A DNA stretch of 64,000 nucleotides from Spirochaetota bacterium (GCA_963664815.2 CAXXHB010000002.1:32001-96000), one strand, 5' to 3'. Numbered from the stretch's first letter, positions 29,730 through 39,686 are shown. Notes: generated by a model from the letters alone, not told the origin. Translations and numbers: made by a program.

Positions 29730-29822
29730 AAAATTCCTGAATAAATTTAATCTGCTCCTTTAAGAAATATTAAAATGTGTTGCTTAAATAATCAAGATTA
29801 TATTATTATAAAACTAATATAT

Positions 29823-29851
29823 TTGACAAAAATTTCTGTTCAAATTATAAT
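29823..29851 (+). promoter_or_regulatory. Consensus sigma-70 promoter
   Basis: TTGACA (29823-29828), 17 nt, TATAAT (29846-29851). Confidence 0.8.
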
Positions 29852-29884
29852 TCTGCCTATTAAAATCAGGGAGCTGTATTAAGA

Positions 29885-30844
29885 ATGCAGATTAAACTCT
29901 GGGGAGTAAGGGGCTCTCTCCCTTCTCCTGTAAATAACGAAGAATACACAGGCAAGCTGCGAAAAATTCTTGACCTGGCAATTAATAACCAGCTGAAGAA
30001 AAAAGAGGATATAGACAGTTTTCTCTCAGATCTTCCAGATGAGTTGCGTTATTTGTTTGGAGGTGACACAACCTGTGTTACAGTCAAATCTGCCTCGGGT
30101 AAGTTGTATATACTTGACTGCGGAACAGGTATCAGAAGACTTGGAAATGTCCTGATGGATGAAGATTGCGGCAAAGGGAATGGCAATCTTAATATAATGA
30201 TTACTCATAACCATTGGGATCATATACAGGGACTCCCGTTTTTCAGGCCAATTTATGTTCCCGGTAATGTTCTTAATTTTTATTCACCATATAAAAAACA
30301 GCAGGAATATCTTGAAAACCAGATGTCATCACCCTATTTCCCGGCAACTTTTCAGGGTACTGCTTCAACAAAGAACTACTTTTACATTGATCATGCAAGA
30401 ACTACACCTTTACAGCTTGAGGATGATCTGTTCCTGAGTATATATCCACTCAAGCACCCGCAGGGATGTTTTGCCTACAAGTTCATGCAAAACAACAAAA
30501 CATTTATTTTTGCAACAGATACTGAATTTACAGGGGAGACCATAGAATCAACTGGTCCCACAACCAATTTTTTTAAGAATGCTGATATCCTTGTTCTTGA
30601 TTCTCAGTACACCCTTAATGAGGCTTTCATGAAAGTAGACTGGGGACATACAAGCTATACTATGGCTGTAAACTGCGCAACAAACTGGAATGTAAAAAAG
30701 CTTATAATGACTCACCATGAACCGGCATACTCCGATGGTGTACTTCAGGAAAATTATCTTCTTGCACTGGAACACGCTCGTCTCCTGTCTGATGTTAAGA
30801 CAGAGATACTCCTTGCCAGAGAGGGGATGATTTTTGATCTTTAA
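29885..30844 (+). CDS. MBL-fold metallo-hydrolase (phosphodiesterase/RNase Z-like)
   Basis: WGVRGS, GGDTTC, LDCGTG, THNHWDHIQG, ATDTE, WGHT, THHEP. Confidence 0.9.
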   Translation: MQIKLWGVRGSLPSPVNNEEYTGKLRKILDLAINNQLKKKEDIDSFLSDLPDELRYLFGGDTTCVTVKSASGKLYILDCGTGIRRLGNVLMDEDCGKGNGNLNIMITHNHWDHIQGLPFFRPIYVPGNVLNFYSPYKKQQEYLENQMSSPYFPATFQGTASTKNYFYIDHARTTPLQLEDDLFLSIYPLKHPQGCFAYKFMQNNKTFIFATDTEFTGETIESTGPTTNFFKNADILVLDSQYTLNEAFMKVDWGHTSYTMAVNCATNWNVKKLIMTHHEPAYSDGVLQENYLLALEHARLLSDVKTEILLAREGMIFDL

Positions 30845-31631
30845 AAAATCTGTACTACCATCGTTGCTGGCACTGCTTATATTGGCTTATCCTGCACAGG
30901 CGCAGCGGACCAAATCAAGTCTCAGCGCAGGAAACCAGCGGCATTCTGAAAAAAGTCTGAAAGATAACCGGTATTTTTTAAATTTCATCAATACTACTAT
31001 ATCCAACAGCGGCTCAGATGAAGAGAAAGCAATATTTACTGAAGCCGCAAGGCGCGACCTGATATCCAGAATGCTTTATATGAAATTTGCATTCAACCCG
31101 GCGATGAATGAAGTCAGAAATACTCAACTGCTCCTGATTGAACTGTTTAATAAAATTGCTGTTCGTGAAATAGAAAGTGCAACGGCACTTCATAATGAAA
31201 TCGCTCCTGAAATTCTTAAATCAGGAAATAAAACATCAAAAAAATATATGTCTCTTGGATACAGATCCGTTGACTGGGCTAAAAAATTAATGGTTATGTC
31301 AGACAATCTCCCTGTAAATAACTATTCAATCAAGATTTATGAATATGTAAAAGCAATTAAAAATGCCAAGTACTCTAAAAGATATGCAATAATAGCTTTA
31401 ATCGAAACCAGAATCCCAACTGAAAAAAGAAACCGGATAAATTACAATAAATACAAGACAGTGCAGGAACTCATAAATTTGTATTTACCGGAATCCCGTG
31501 AACGTTACAGTAAAATTCATTTTGATAATTATTATAAAATAGAGCCTTCCACATCTCTCTATGACAGGATTTCATCAAATCCTGAACTTGAAAAAATACC
31601 CGAATATGCAAATTATGTAAAAGAAAACTAA
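30834..31631 (+). CDS. Exported helical protein, OmpL37-like (recalled similarity)
   Basis: Signal peptide with AQA site; N.YFLNFINTTISNSG..E and terminal H.DN pattern. Confidence 0.5.
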   Translation: MIFKKSVLPSLLALLILAYPAQAQRTKSSLSAGNQRHSEKSLKDNRYFLNFINTTISNSGSDEEKAIFTEAARRDLISRMLYMKFAFNPAMNEVRNTQLLLIELFNKIAVREIESATALHNEIAPEILKSGNKTSKKYMSLGYRSVDWAKKLMVMSDNLPVNNYSIKIYEYVKAIKNAKYSKRYAIIALIETRIPTEKRNRINYNKYKTVQELINLYLPESRERYSKIHFDNYYKIEPSTSLYDRISSNPELEKIPEYANYVKEN

Positions 31632-33952
31632 TGCCAAAAAACATCTCATTTATACTTATTTTTACTTTTATCATAACAATATCTTCTTTCAAAGAATCAG
31701 AATGTGCCAGTGAATTATCGGTTAATCCTGCGGAGGAGGCTTTTTACAGTAAACCCGATCAGATAATTAAAAAATTCAGAAAAGAAAGCTTTAACTGTCA
31801 GAAAAACATTATACTCGCAAGAGCTTACAGAGATAAAAAAAAATTAAAAACAGCCATTCTTTATTATGCAAACAGTTGTTTTGATAAACACTACAACTTT
31901 CAAATAAGACTCTTTGCTCAACCTGTTTATTCATTTGTTCAATCTGAAAATGTAAAAAGTATTTTTTATAACGAATCTGTTTATCAAATCGCCTCCCTTT
32001 TCTTTGATTATGCGGAATACGAATATGTAATTAAATTTACCCGTCTTATAGAGAATGATAAATCTGCACTTTACAGAGATTCTGTTCTTTTGAGATCCAG
32101 ATCACTTCAAAAGTTAAATCTGTTCAATGAGGCTATTGATGATCTTAAAAAAATTTCATCAGTATATAAAGACCACGAGTCGCTGTCATTAATTTATCTC
32201 CGGCTCGGATCAGTTTATGAATCATCAGGTAATTTCTATAATGCTTCCGATTCATATATAAATGTTATAAAAACTGAAAGCGGAATATGGCAAAACAGCA
32301 TCGCATCAAAAAGATTAATCTATCTCACCACAGAAAAAAAGGTTATACTTGATTCATCAGAAAAATTTAAATGCTTTGCCTCTGCTCTTTACGATGCCGG
32401 TCAATTTAATAAAGCACTCATTATTATCGAAACCATACTTCAAAAAGAACAATCCACTGATATGGAAATTTTAAAACTCAATATTCTTACATTAAAAAAT
32501 TACCCGAAAGCCATATTATTTCTTAAAAGCAAAGAAGGGAGTACAGGCTATGAGAAATTGCTCCTTGCTCATGCGAATATTCTGTGGGAACATGGCAGGA
32601 GAAAAGAATCTGTAAAAATTTATAATCGTTTAACCTCGACTTCTGATAATCAACTGCTGGAAGGAGTTCTGACGAGATTATCTTTTTATTATGAAGAAAG
32701 AAACAAACCTGAATTCATCAGCTACATGGAACTATATATGAAAAAGTTTCCTGAGGAAGTACAGAGCGGACGTTTTTTATGGCTGATAGGCCGCTACTTT
32801 GTGAAGATAAATAACAGAGAAAAAGCCTCCGAATATTTTAAAACAGGAATTATGAAATACCCTGATAACTTTTATACATCATACTGCAGGTTCTGGTTGT
32901 ATAAAAACAGTTCTACAGAAAAGAAAACCAGGCCTCCGGAAAATCTTGAATTTCTTGAAGAGCTGGCCGTCAATAATCCTGATACTTACCATGCCCTGAC
33001 TTTGCTTAAAGATGAAGCTGATAAATCTGAAACGTCTATACTTACAAAACAATACAAAGAAGCCTTAAAAAATAAAAATAAAAACCGGGCATTACTTTTT
33101 CATACTCTCCTGTTTATAAAAAACGGTTATAATAATTCACATTCTGAAAGATTAAAACAACTTGATAATAGTATAACAACTAAATATACGGAGACTGCCG
33201 GATTATTTAAAAAAACATTTTCTTCTGAAAAATATAATTCCTTCCTTAAAAATATTGAAACATATTTTTACGCCGGAGATATTTACGGAGTAAACAGAGA
33301 GGTTAAGCTTATACCTGAAAATGATGAATCTCAAAAATTTCTAGCATCAGCTTTAACAGTATACTCAGACAAATTCCGATATTATAATTACTCCACTTTC
33401 TACGGATTTAAACTGTTAAAACATCTTAAACTCAAAGAAAATCTTTCTCTGCTTCCTCAGGAATTTGCAGAAGCTCTTTATCCCTACGCATTTTCTGAAT
33501 GTGTTAACGACGAGAGTAAAAAATTTAAAGTTAAACCTGAATTGCTGCTATCGATGATGAAAGCTGAATCAAACTTTAATCATGCTGCAAAATCTCCGGC
33601 AGGAGCCATTGGTATTATGCAGCTGATGCATCCTACTGCAAAAGGAATTTCAAAGGATCTCAGGATTAAAGTATATGATCTTACCAATCCCTGCACATCT
33701 ATTAAATTCGGAGCAAACTACATAACATGGCTGAACAGATATTACAATGGACAGATTGAATATATGGTAGCTGGATACAACGCCGGTGCAGGGAATGTAA
33801 ACAAATGGAAATCATATACTATAAATAAGGATATAGATTATTTTTCTGAATTCAATCCCTTTGATGAAACAAGGGACTATATATTTAAAACAAAAAAATA
33901 TATTATACAGTATGAATCGATTTATAAAAATCAGGAAAAACAGCTGAAATAA
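31631..33952 (+). CDS. Slt70-like soluble lytic transglycosylase with TPR superhelix
   Basis: LYPYAF, MKAESNF (catalytic Glu), GAIGIMQLM, AGYNAG, ETRDY. Confidence 0.9.
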   Translation: MPKNISFILIFTFIITISSFKESECASELSVNPAEEAFYSKPDQIIKKFRKESFNCQKNIILARAYRDKKKLKTAILYYANSCFDKHYNFQIRLFAQPVYSFVQSENVKSIFYNESVYQIASLFFDYAEYEYVIKFTRLIENDKSALYRDSVLLRSRSLQKLNLFNEAIDDLKKISSVYKDHESLSLIYLRLGSVYESSGNFYNASDSYINVIKTESGIWQNSIASKRLIYLTTEKKVILDSSEKFKCFASALYDAGQFNKALIIIETILQKEQSTDMEILKLNILTLKNYPKAILFLKSKEGSTGYEKLLLAHANILWEHGRRKESVKIYNRLTSTSDNQLLEGVLTRLSFYYEERNKPEFISYMELYMKKFPEEVQSGRFLWLIGRYFVKINNREKASEYFKTGIMKYPDNFYTSYCRFWLYKNSSTEKKTRPPENLEFLEELAVNNPDTYHALTLLKDEADKSETSILTKQYKEALKNKNKNRALLFHTLLFIKNGYNNSHSERLKQLDNSITTKYTETAGLFKKTFSSEKYNSFLKNIETYFYAGDIYGVNREVKLIPENDESQKFLASALTVYSDKFRYYNYSTFYGFKLLKHLKLKENLSLLPQEFAEALYPYAFSECVNDESKKFKVKPELLLSMMKAESNFNHAAKSPAGAIGIMQLMHPTAKGISKDLRIKVYDLTNPCTSIKFGANYITWLNRYYNGQIEYMVAGYNAGAGNVNKWKSYTINKDIDYFSEFNPFDETRDYIFKTKKYIIQYESIYKNQEKQLK

Positions 33953-34051
33953 TAACTTTTATTCTGCAGAATAGATATCTTATAATTGTTTTTTAAAAAG
34001 GTTCAGGAATAAATATTGAAAAATAAATATATTTAATACCGTATAGTGAAC

Positions 34052-34756
34052 ATGAGAAAATCTATCAGACATATTCTTCCAATCATTATTTCTTTGTTTT
34101 TTTTACAATCTATTATCAATGCTGAAAACCTTAACATAGGTAAAATTGTAAAAAAAAACGGATACATAATGAAAACAAATATCAACTGTGAAACAGATAA
34201 CTGCAATCAGGATAATATTCTCATACATCCCGGAGACAGAATTTTAACCGGTAAAAAATCAGAAGTATATATTCTGTTGAACGATGGAACTGCACTGGAA
34301 ATATTGGAAAAGTCTGACATCATTATATTCAGCATTGTTGATAAAAAGAATAAAACACTGACAAATATATTTTCAGATTATGGTAAATTTAAAATAATAC
34401 AGCAGAATGATTATTTAGAAACATCCCTTGTTTTTAAAACAAAGACTTCTATTATTAAATCTGTTTGTTCAACATATAATCTTATTGCTTCAGAAACTGA
34501 AACCGGTATTTTTGTTTATAAGGGTGAAGCTGGATTTGCAAATATTGATCCTTCTATAGTGGAAGCCTATATTATTAAAAGCGGATTTGAATCATATATG
34601 AAAAAAAATTCACTCCCTCTGCATCCACAATCAGTTACTGTTTCTCTCAGATCCGCATGGCTTTCAAGGCAATTTTTAACAGATAAAAATGATCGTATAA
34701 TCATTTATAAAAATAAAAAAGGTCCTGCAGACTGGCCTTTTATTGAAAAAAAATAA
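34052..34756 (+). CDS. FecR-domain exported protein
   Basis: Signal peptide; GDRILTGKKSEVYILLNDGT.LEI.EKS and VYKGE FecR pattern. Confidence 0.75.
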   Translation: MRKSIRHILPIIISLFFLQSIINAENLNIGKIVKKNGYIMKTNINCETDNCNQDNILIHPGDRILTGKKSEVYILLNDGTALEILEKSDIIIFSIVDKKNKTLTNIFSDYGKFKIIQQNDYLETSLVFKTKTSIIKSVCSTYNLIASETETGIFVYKGEAGFANIDPSIVEAYIIKSGFESYMKKNSLPLHPQSVTVSLRSAWLSRQFLTDKNDRIIIYKNKKGPADWPFIEKK

Positions 34757-34763
34757 TAAACAT

Positions 34764-35570
34764 ATGTCTCAAAAAAAGATAACATTACTTTCAAATTATA
34801 TATTAATACTTTTTTTAATATTATTCCTTTCTAAATGCGGCAATAACAATCTTCTTGTAACCGATCCTGCAGCTCAGGAAATTACTATTGCGTTTAACAA
34901 CTATTATTCAGAGGATTGGGAGACCAGACTTAATTCAATAAAAGTAGCCGCCAAATATTCAAACACAGTTCATGCTAAAAACTCCCTGTTGTTATTATTA
35001 AAAGCCATTAATGATTCTCACTCCGAAATCAAAATAGAAGCCCTTAAAATTCTGAAGAAGATGAAAGCTCCTGCTGTTGAAGACAAAATAGGTGTGTTGG
35101 CCCTTTCAGATGCGAATCCAAATGTAAGAGTTTTTGCACTTTTAGCTCTTGAAGAATATGGAAATATAAAAAATGAAGATATATTTATTAAAAGCCTGGA
35201 TGATAAAGACTGGCTTATACAGGAAACTTCACTGGCAGGTTTAATGAAAATAAATGACCCGGAAATACAGACCAAACATCTTGATATAATTATAAGATCG
35301 ATAAACAGCAAAAACACTTCAATAAGACTTACTGCCCTATCAAATATTAATATAAGAAATCCGTTGATTTATTCGGAATTATCAAGAATTATTAATAATA
35401 AAAAAAGCGGCCTTTCCATTTTAAAAGCCGCATTGTTGAAAATAAAAGGTTATAAACTTGATAACAAAACAAAAACGAGAATTATTGAGTTACTCACACA
35501 CAGCGATAAAGACATAAGGCTTTTATCTTTCTATGTGCTTAAACAGGAAGAACCGGCCATTGATAAATAA
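34764..35570 (+). CDS. HEAT-repeat lipoprotein
   Basis: Lipobox-like FLSK-C; repeated D...(V/I)R..AL HEAT units. Confidence 0.8.
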   Translation: MSQKKITLLSNYILILFLILFLSKCGNNNLLVTDPAAQEITIAFNNYYSEDWETRLNSIKVAAKYSNTVHAKNSLLLLLKAINDSHSEIKIEALKILKKMKAPAVEDKIGVLALSDANPNVRVFALLALEEYGNIKNEDIFIKSLDDKDWLIQETSLAGLMKINDPEIQTKHLDIIIRSINSKNTSIRLTALSNINIRNPLIYSELSRIINNKKSGLSILKAALLKIKGYKLDNKTKTRIIELLTHSDKDIRLLSFYVLKQEEPAIDK

Positions 35571-35571
35571 A

Positions 35572-36336
35572 TCAGACTTTTTTCTCCATTGATGTATAGA
35601 CTTTATTTTTATTATCCTGCAGATCTTTTTTATAATCATCTTTGTAGTCTTCTTTAATCATTTTATCAAACAGCTGATCTTTCAGACCTTTATCTTTATT
35701 TTTATCCGGATCAAGTTTCATTGATTCAATATATGACTGGTACATAAGAAAGAGATTCTGTTTTGCCAGTCTGTAATAATAAATGGATGTAATCAGTCGT
35801 TGAGCTGAAGTTGAGTTGTTCTCGCCTGTATATTTATAATCGTCAAGTATTGATGTTGCTCTTTTTTGAGCAGATTTTGCATTGTCAATATATTTATCCA
35901 ATACTCCATCCCGCGGTTTGCCCTCAATTTCCTGCTGCAATGAGATCTGAATATTTCTTTTAATACTTTTAGTTAAAAAACGGGATGTATCTTTATTGTA
36001 ATCTGTGACGATTTTTTTAGCAATCTTGAAAATCTCTCTCTCATTTTCACTGAATTTTTCAGCAGACTCTTCTACTTTATCTTCAAAATAAAGAGCTGTC
36101 GCATCAGCATACTGATCGATTAATCTCTGAATTTCAGCTTCTCCACCTCCATAATTCATGATTGCTGAACGAAGAAGTTTAATATTTTTAAAATTTTCAT
36201 AACTTAGTCTTTTAATAAGAGAAACAGGATTATATTGCTGATTAAACTTTTTCTCAGTATTTTGAGAATATCCGACTACTGGTATAAGAAAAAATACTAT
36301 AACAACAAATAATGCTGAAAACCGCCTTCTAAACAT
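35572..36336 (-). CDS. Exported all-helical hypothetical protein
   Basis: Signal peptide; pattern shared with the product of 30834..31631. Confidence 0.65.
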   Translation of the reverse strand: MFRRRFSALFVVIVFFLIPVVGYSQNTEKKFNQQYNPVSLIKRLSYENFKNIKLLRSAIMNYGGGEAEIQRLIDQYADATALYFEDKVEESAEKFSENEREIFKIAKKIVTDYNKDTSRFLTKSIKRNIQISLQQEIEGKPRDGVLDKYIDNAKSAQKRATSILDDYKYTGENNSTSAQRLITSIYYYRLAKQNLFLMYQSYIESMKLDPDKNKDKGLKDQLFDKMIKEDYKDDYKKDLQDNKNKVYTSMEKKV

Positions 36337-36570
36337 AAAAAAACCCCCGAATGCTATTTAAAAAAATAATGAAAAACTTTTTATTGAATTAAAATTATAA
36401 TACTTACTGAATGGATAAAGTCAAGAAAAAATGACCCATCCTCCATTAAAATAGTGGCAGGTTAATAATATAAATTATATTAATTAAAATTAATACGTGC
36501 GAGTGTGAGTAATATATTATAATGAGATAATTGAGAAGATATCTTTTACTGAAGTCAACAGTCAAATTAT

Positions 36571-37206
36571 CTAATTGTTTTTCTGAATTTTCCGGTGATC
36601 AATATGAATCGCTTTTACCTGTCTCTTCTTTATCTTTGGTGCACCTTCCGGATTATACTTTTCCTGAACTTCTTCAATATTACTGGTTACAAGCATTCTG
36701 ACTGCCTGCTCCGCTTTGTTTAATATATCTATGAGAAGAAGGTTTTCTTCAAAAGTAAAATCCTGTAAAAGATAATCTTCCATTGACGTTCCTTCCGGAC
36801 ACTCTCCAACTCCAACTCTTACTTTAGCAAATTTTTCTGATTTAAGGGCAACAGCCATTGAATCAACACCAGCATGATTAAGATCAGACTGAAGATAATC
36901 TATACGAAGTTCACCAAGATCCAGCGAAGAATCTTCAACTATACAGATTATATCTTTAACATTTATTCTGAGAAACGATGCTATGTAGAGAACCGACTCT
37001 CCAATAAGAGTTACAAAAGTCTGAGGTTTAAGAAGTACTACGTCATTTTTCTGTATTTTTCCGCGGCCGATTATAGATTTTTTCTTTTTAATCCTGACTT
37101 CAATATTTTCATTATTAGCCAGAATATCGATAACTTTAAAACCGATATTCTGCCTGTTATTTGCAAATCGCTCGCCCGGATTACCGAAACCTACTATTAA
37201 TTTCAA
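36571..37206 (-). CDS. pth: Peptidyl-tRNA hydrolase family protein with degenerate active site
   Basis: MKLIVGFGNPG, LLKPQTF and RVGVG motifs; position after rplY; catalytic RHN reads RQN; TTG start. Confidence 0.85.
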   Translation of the reverse strand: MKLIVGFGNPGERFANNRQNIGFKVIDILANNENIEVRIKKKKSIIGRGKIQKNDVVLLKPQTFVTLIGESVLYIASFLRINVKDIICIVEDSSLDLGELRIDYLQSDLNHAGVDSMAVALKSEKFAKVRVGVGECPEGTSMEDYLLQDFTFEENLLLIDILNKAEQAVRMLVTSNIEEVQEKYNPEGAPKIKKRQVKAIHIDHRKIQKNN

Positions 37207-37303
37207 TAAATTTACCCCTTTTAAAAAACTTACGGCCGACTTTTATATGACACTTCACCGGCATTAAAGTTTCATAAAAAATTTTTATTCCCGGGCGTAA
37301 TAA

Positions 37304-37921
37304 TTACTCCTTCCCGGATTCTTCTGCTGCAACATCCTTTTCTGGTGTTTCAGTTTCTTCGCTTACAGCTTTTGGTTTCTCTACCGCGACAATTACATTA
37401 TTAGAAGCTGTCAGAATTTCAAAACCGTCTCCAAGTTCAATATCGCTAACATGTATATAATCTCCAGGCAACATTTTAGAGATATCAACTGTTATCTTTT
37501 CAGGAAGATTATTCGGAAGACAATGTATCATCAGTTCTCTTTCACCATACTTAAGAACTCCGCCCAATTTTATCCCTGCCGGTATTCCGATCAGTTCAAC
37601 AGGAACATGAGTTTTTATCTTTTCACTTTTTGTTACTTTAAAAAGATCGAGATGTATAATTCGTCCTGTAACAGGATCTCTCTGAAAATCCTTTACAAAT
37701 GCCATTAAATCCGGTTCTCCCTCAACTTGAAGATCAAAAATTACACTTTCAGAAATGTGACCTTTGAAAAGATTTGTGAATTCTTTTTCCTGTATTTTTA
37801 TTACTTCAGATTTACCATGTGAATATACAACAGCAGGAATAAAGCCTTCACTCCTTAATCTGTTGCAATTATTTTTCCCGGTGTTGCTTCTTGATACGGC
37901 TGTTAAAGATTTTGCGTTCAT
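37304..37921 (-). CDS. rplY: 50S ribosomal protein bL25 (Ctc form)
   Basis: RLRSEGFIPAVVY, QRDPV...HLD, GIKLGG, LPE.I.VDIS. Confidence 0.95.
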   Translation of the reverse strand: MNAKSLTAVSRSNTGKNNCNRLRSEGFIPAVVYSHGKSEVIKIQEKEFTNLFKGHISESVIFDLQVEGEPDLMAFVKDFQRDPVTGRIIHLDLFKVTKSEKIKTHVPVELIGIPAGIKLGGVLKYGERELMIHCLPNNLPEKITVDISKMLPGDYIHVSDIELGDGFEILTASNNVIVAVEKPKAVSEETETPEKDVAAEESGKE

Positions 37922-37978
37922 TTAATTTACCCCTTGTTTAAAACTACTATTATTACTATTATTATAAATCTATTTTAA

Positions 37979-38920
37979 TCAAATAAAAAGAGAACTTACA
38001 GATTCTCCATTATGAATTCTCCTGATAGCTTCCCCAAATAATGGAGCAATTGAAAGAACCTTCATATTATGAAGTCTTTTCTCATCGGGAAGAGGTATAG
38101 AGTTTGTAAAAATTATCTCTTTAAATCCTGCCTTATTTAAATTTTCCACGGCATTATCCGAAAGAACGGGATGAGAGAAAAGGCAATAAACATCTTTTGA
38201 TCCTCTCTCCTTTAAAGCGTCAGCCGCTTTTGAAATTGATCCGGCTGTATCAGCAATATCATCAATCAGTATGCAGTTCTTCCCTGAAACCTCTCCAATA
38301 ACATTCATTACATCAGAAATATTCGCTTCCGGTCTTCTTTTGTCGATAATTGCAAGACTGGTATCCATCTTCTTTGCAAGAAACCTTGCCCGGTCAACTC
38401 CCCCTGCATCTGGTGAAACAACAACTACATTATCAATATGCAGACTCATCAGATACTCAATGGCAATCGGTGTCGCATAAAGATTATCAACAGGGATATC
38501 AAAAAAACCCTGTATCTGATCTGCATGAAGATCCATTGTCAAAACCCTGTCAGCGCCTGTTACCTGAATAATGTTTGATACGACCTTCGCCGATATTGGC
38601 ACTCTCGGTTCAACTTTTCTGTCCTGTCTTGCATATCCGAAATATGGAATTACAGCCGTTATTCTTGAAGCCGAAGCCCTTACTGCCGCATCGATGATAA
38701 GCAACAGTTCCATTATATTATCATTTGAAGGATTGCAGGTAGACTGAATTATAAAAACATCATGAGCTCTGACATTATCCTTTATTTTAACAGATATTTC
38801 ACCATCTTTAAATCTTTTTAAATCTATACCTGAAAGTTCCGTTCCAAGATAGCGCGCGATTTCAGAAGCAAGGGCATTATTGGACGAACCGGAAAATATT
38901 TTTAATGGATTATTATTCAT
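37979..38920 (-). CDS. prs: Ribose-phosphate pyrophosphokinase
   Basis: FKDGE, PYFGYARQDRK, DLHADQIQGFF, VSPDAGG, DDIADTAGS. Confidence 0.97.
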   Translation of the reverse strand: MNNNPLKIFSGSSNNALASEIARYLGTELSGIDLKRFKDGEISVKIKDNVRAHDVFIIQSTCNPSNDNIMELLLIIDAAVRASASRITAVIPYFGYARQDRKVEPRVPISAKVVSNIIQVTGADRVLTMDLHADQIQGFFDIPVDNLYATPIAIEYLMSLHIDNVVVVSPDAGGVDRARFLAKKMDTSLAIIDKRRPEANISDVMNVIGEVSGKNCILIDDIADTAGSISKAADALKERGSKDVYCLFSHPVLSDNAVENLNKAGFKEIIFTNSIPLPDEKRLHNMKVLSIAPLFGEAIRRIHNGESVSSLFI

Positions 38921-39662
38921 GAAACTTATCCTTATTTTGCTTCAAAACATGCTGCTCAAGAAATAACAGTTCTTCTCTGGTATTTATCCCTCTGCCTTCA
39001 ATTGAATCCTGCATTGGAATAGTCTTTACATTCAAACCTGCATTTATAATATAGATCAGTGCATCGGGAAGATAATATTCACCCTGTGCATTTTCAGTAT
39101 TTATACTTTCTAATCCTTTAAACAGATACTTACTCTTGAAAATATAAGTTCCGCTGTTTACTTCTTTTATTTTCCGCTGCTCGTCATTTGCATCTTTTTC
39201 TTCAACAATTCTGACAAATTTCTCATTTGTCTTAACAATCCTCCCGTAACCAGCCGGATTTTCCTGAATCATTGAAAGAACGACAGCTCCTGTTTCATCA
39301 TCTTCTGCTGAATTTATTAATGCCTGAAATGTTTCAGGTTTTATTAAGGGTACATCTCCACATGCTATTATTACGTTGCCATCATATTCTTTAAAGTATT
39401 CTTCAGCCTGCATAACTGCATGTCCAGTCCCAAGCTGTTCATGCTGCCAGACATATTTAACCCTGCTCCCGAGTCTATCAATTACTTCATCTCCCCTGTA
39501 TCCTACTACCACAAGAATATCGCTGATTCCTGCAGAATTCAGGCTATCCACAACATGTTCTATTAAAGATTTTCCACATAGCGGATGAAGTACTTTCGGC
39601 AGATCGGATTTCATCCGAACTCCTTTCCCTCCGGCGAGGACAATTGAAGAGATTTTTTTGAT
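38913..39662 (-). CDS. glmU: GlmU N-terminal (UDP-GlcNAc pyrophosphorylase) domain only; probable non-canonical ATC start
   Basis: IVLAGGKGVRMKSDLPKVLH, EQLGTGHA, GDVP, GYGRI, NAQGEYYL; no hexapeptide acetyltransferase domain; AGGAG 7 nt before ATC at 39662. Confidence 0.8.
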   Translation of the reverse strand: MKKISSIVLAGGKGVRMKSDLPKVLHPLCGKSLIEHVVDSLNSAGISDILVVVGYRGDEVIDRLGSRVKYVWQHEQLGTGHAVMQAEEYFKEYDGNVIIACGDVPLIKPETFQALINSAEDDETGAVVLSMIQENPAGYGRIVKTNEKFVRIVEEKDANDEQRKIKEVNSGTYIFKSKYLFKGLESINTENAQGEYYLPDALIYIINAGLNVKTIPMQDSIEGRGINTREELLFLEQHVLKQNKDKFHE

Positions 39663-39686
39663 TATCTATCTCCTAATTGACAGAAT

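Noticed and set aside
37943-37965. ACTATTATT tandem repeat between prs and rplY
   Set aside because: Two copies of an AT-rich 9-mer; expected by chance and non-coding.
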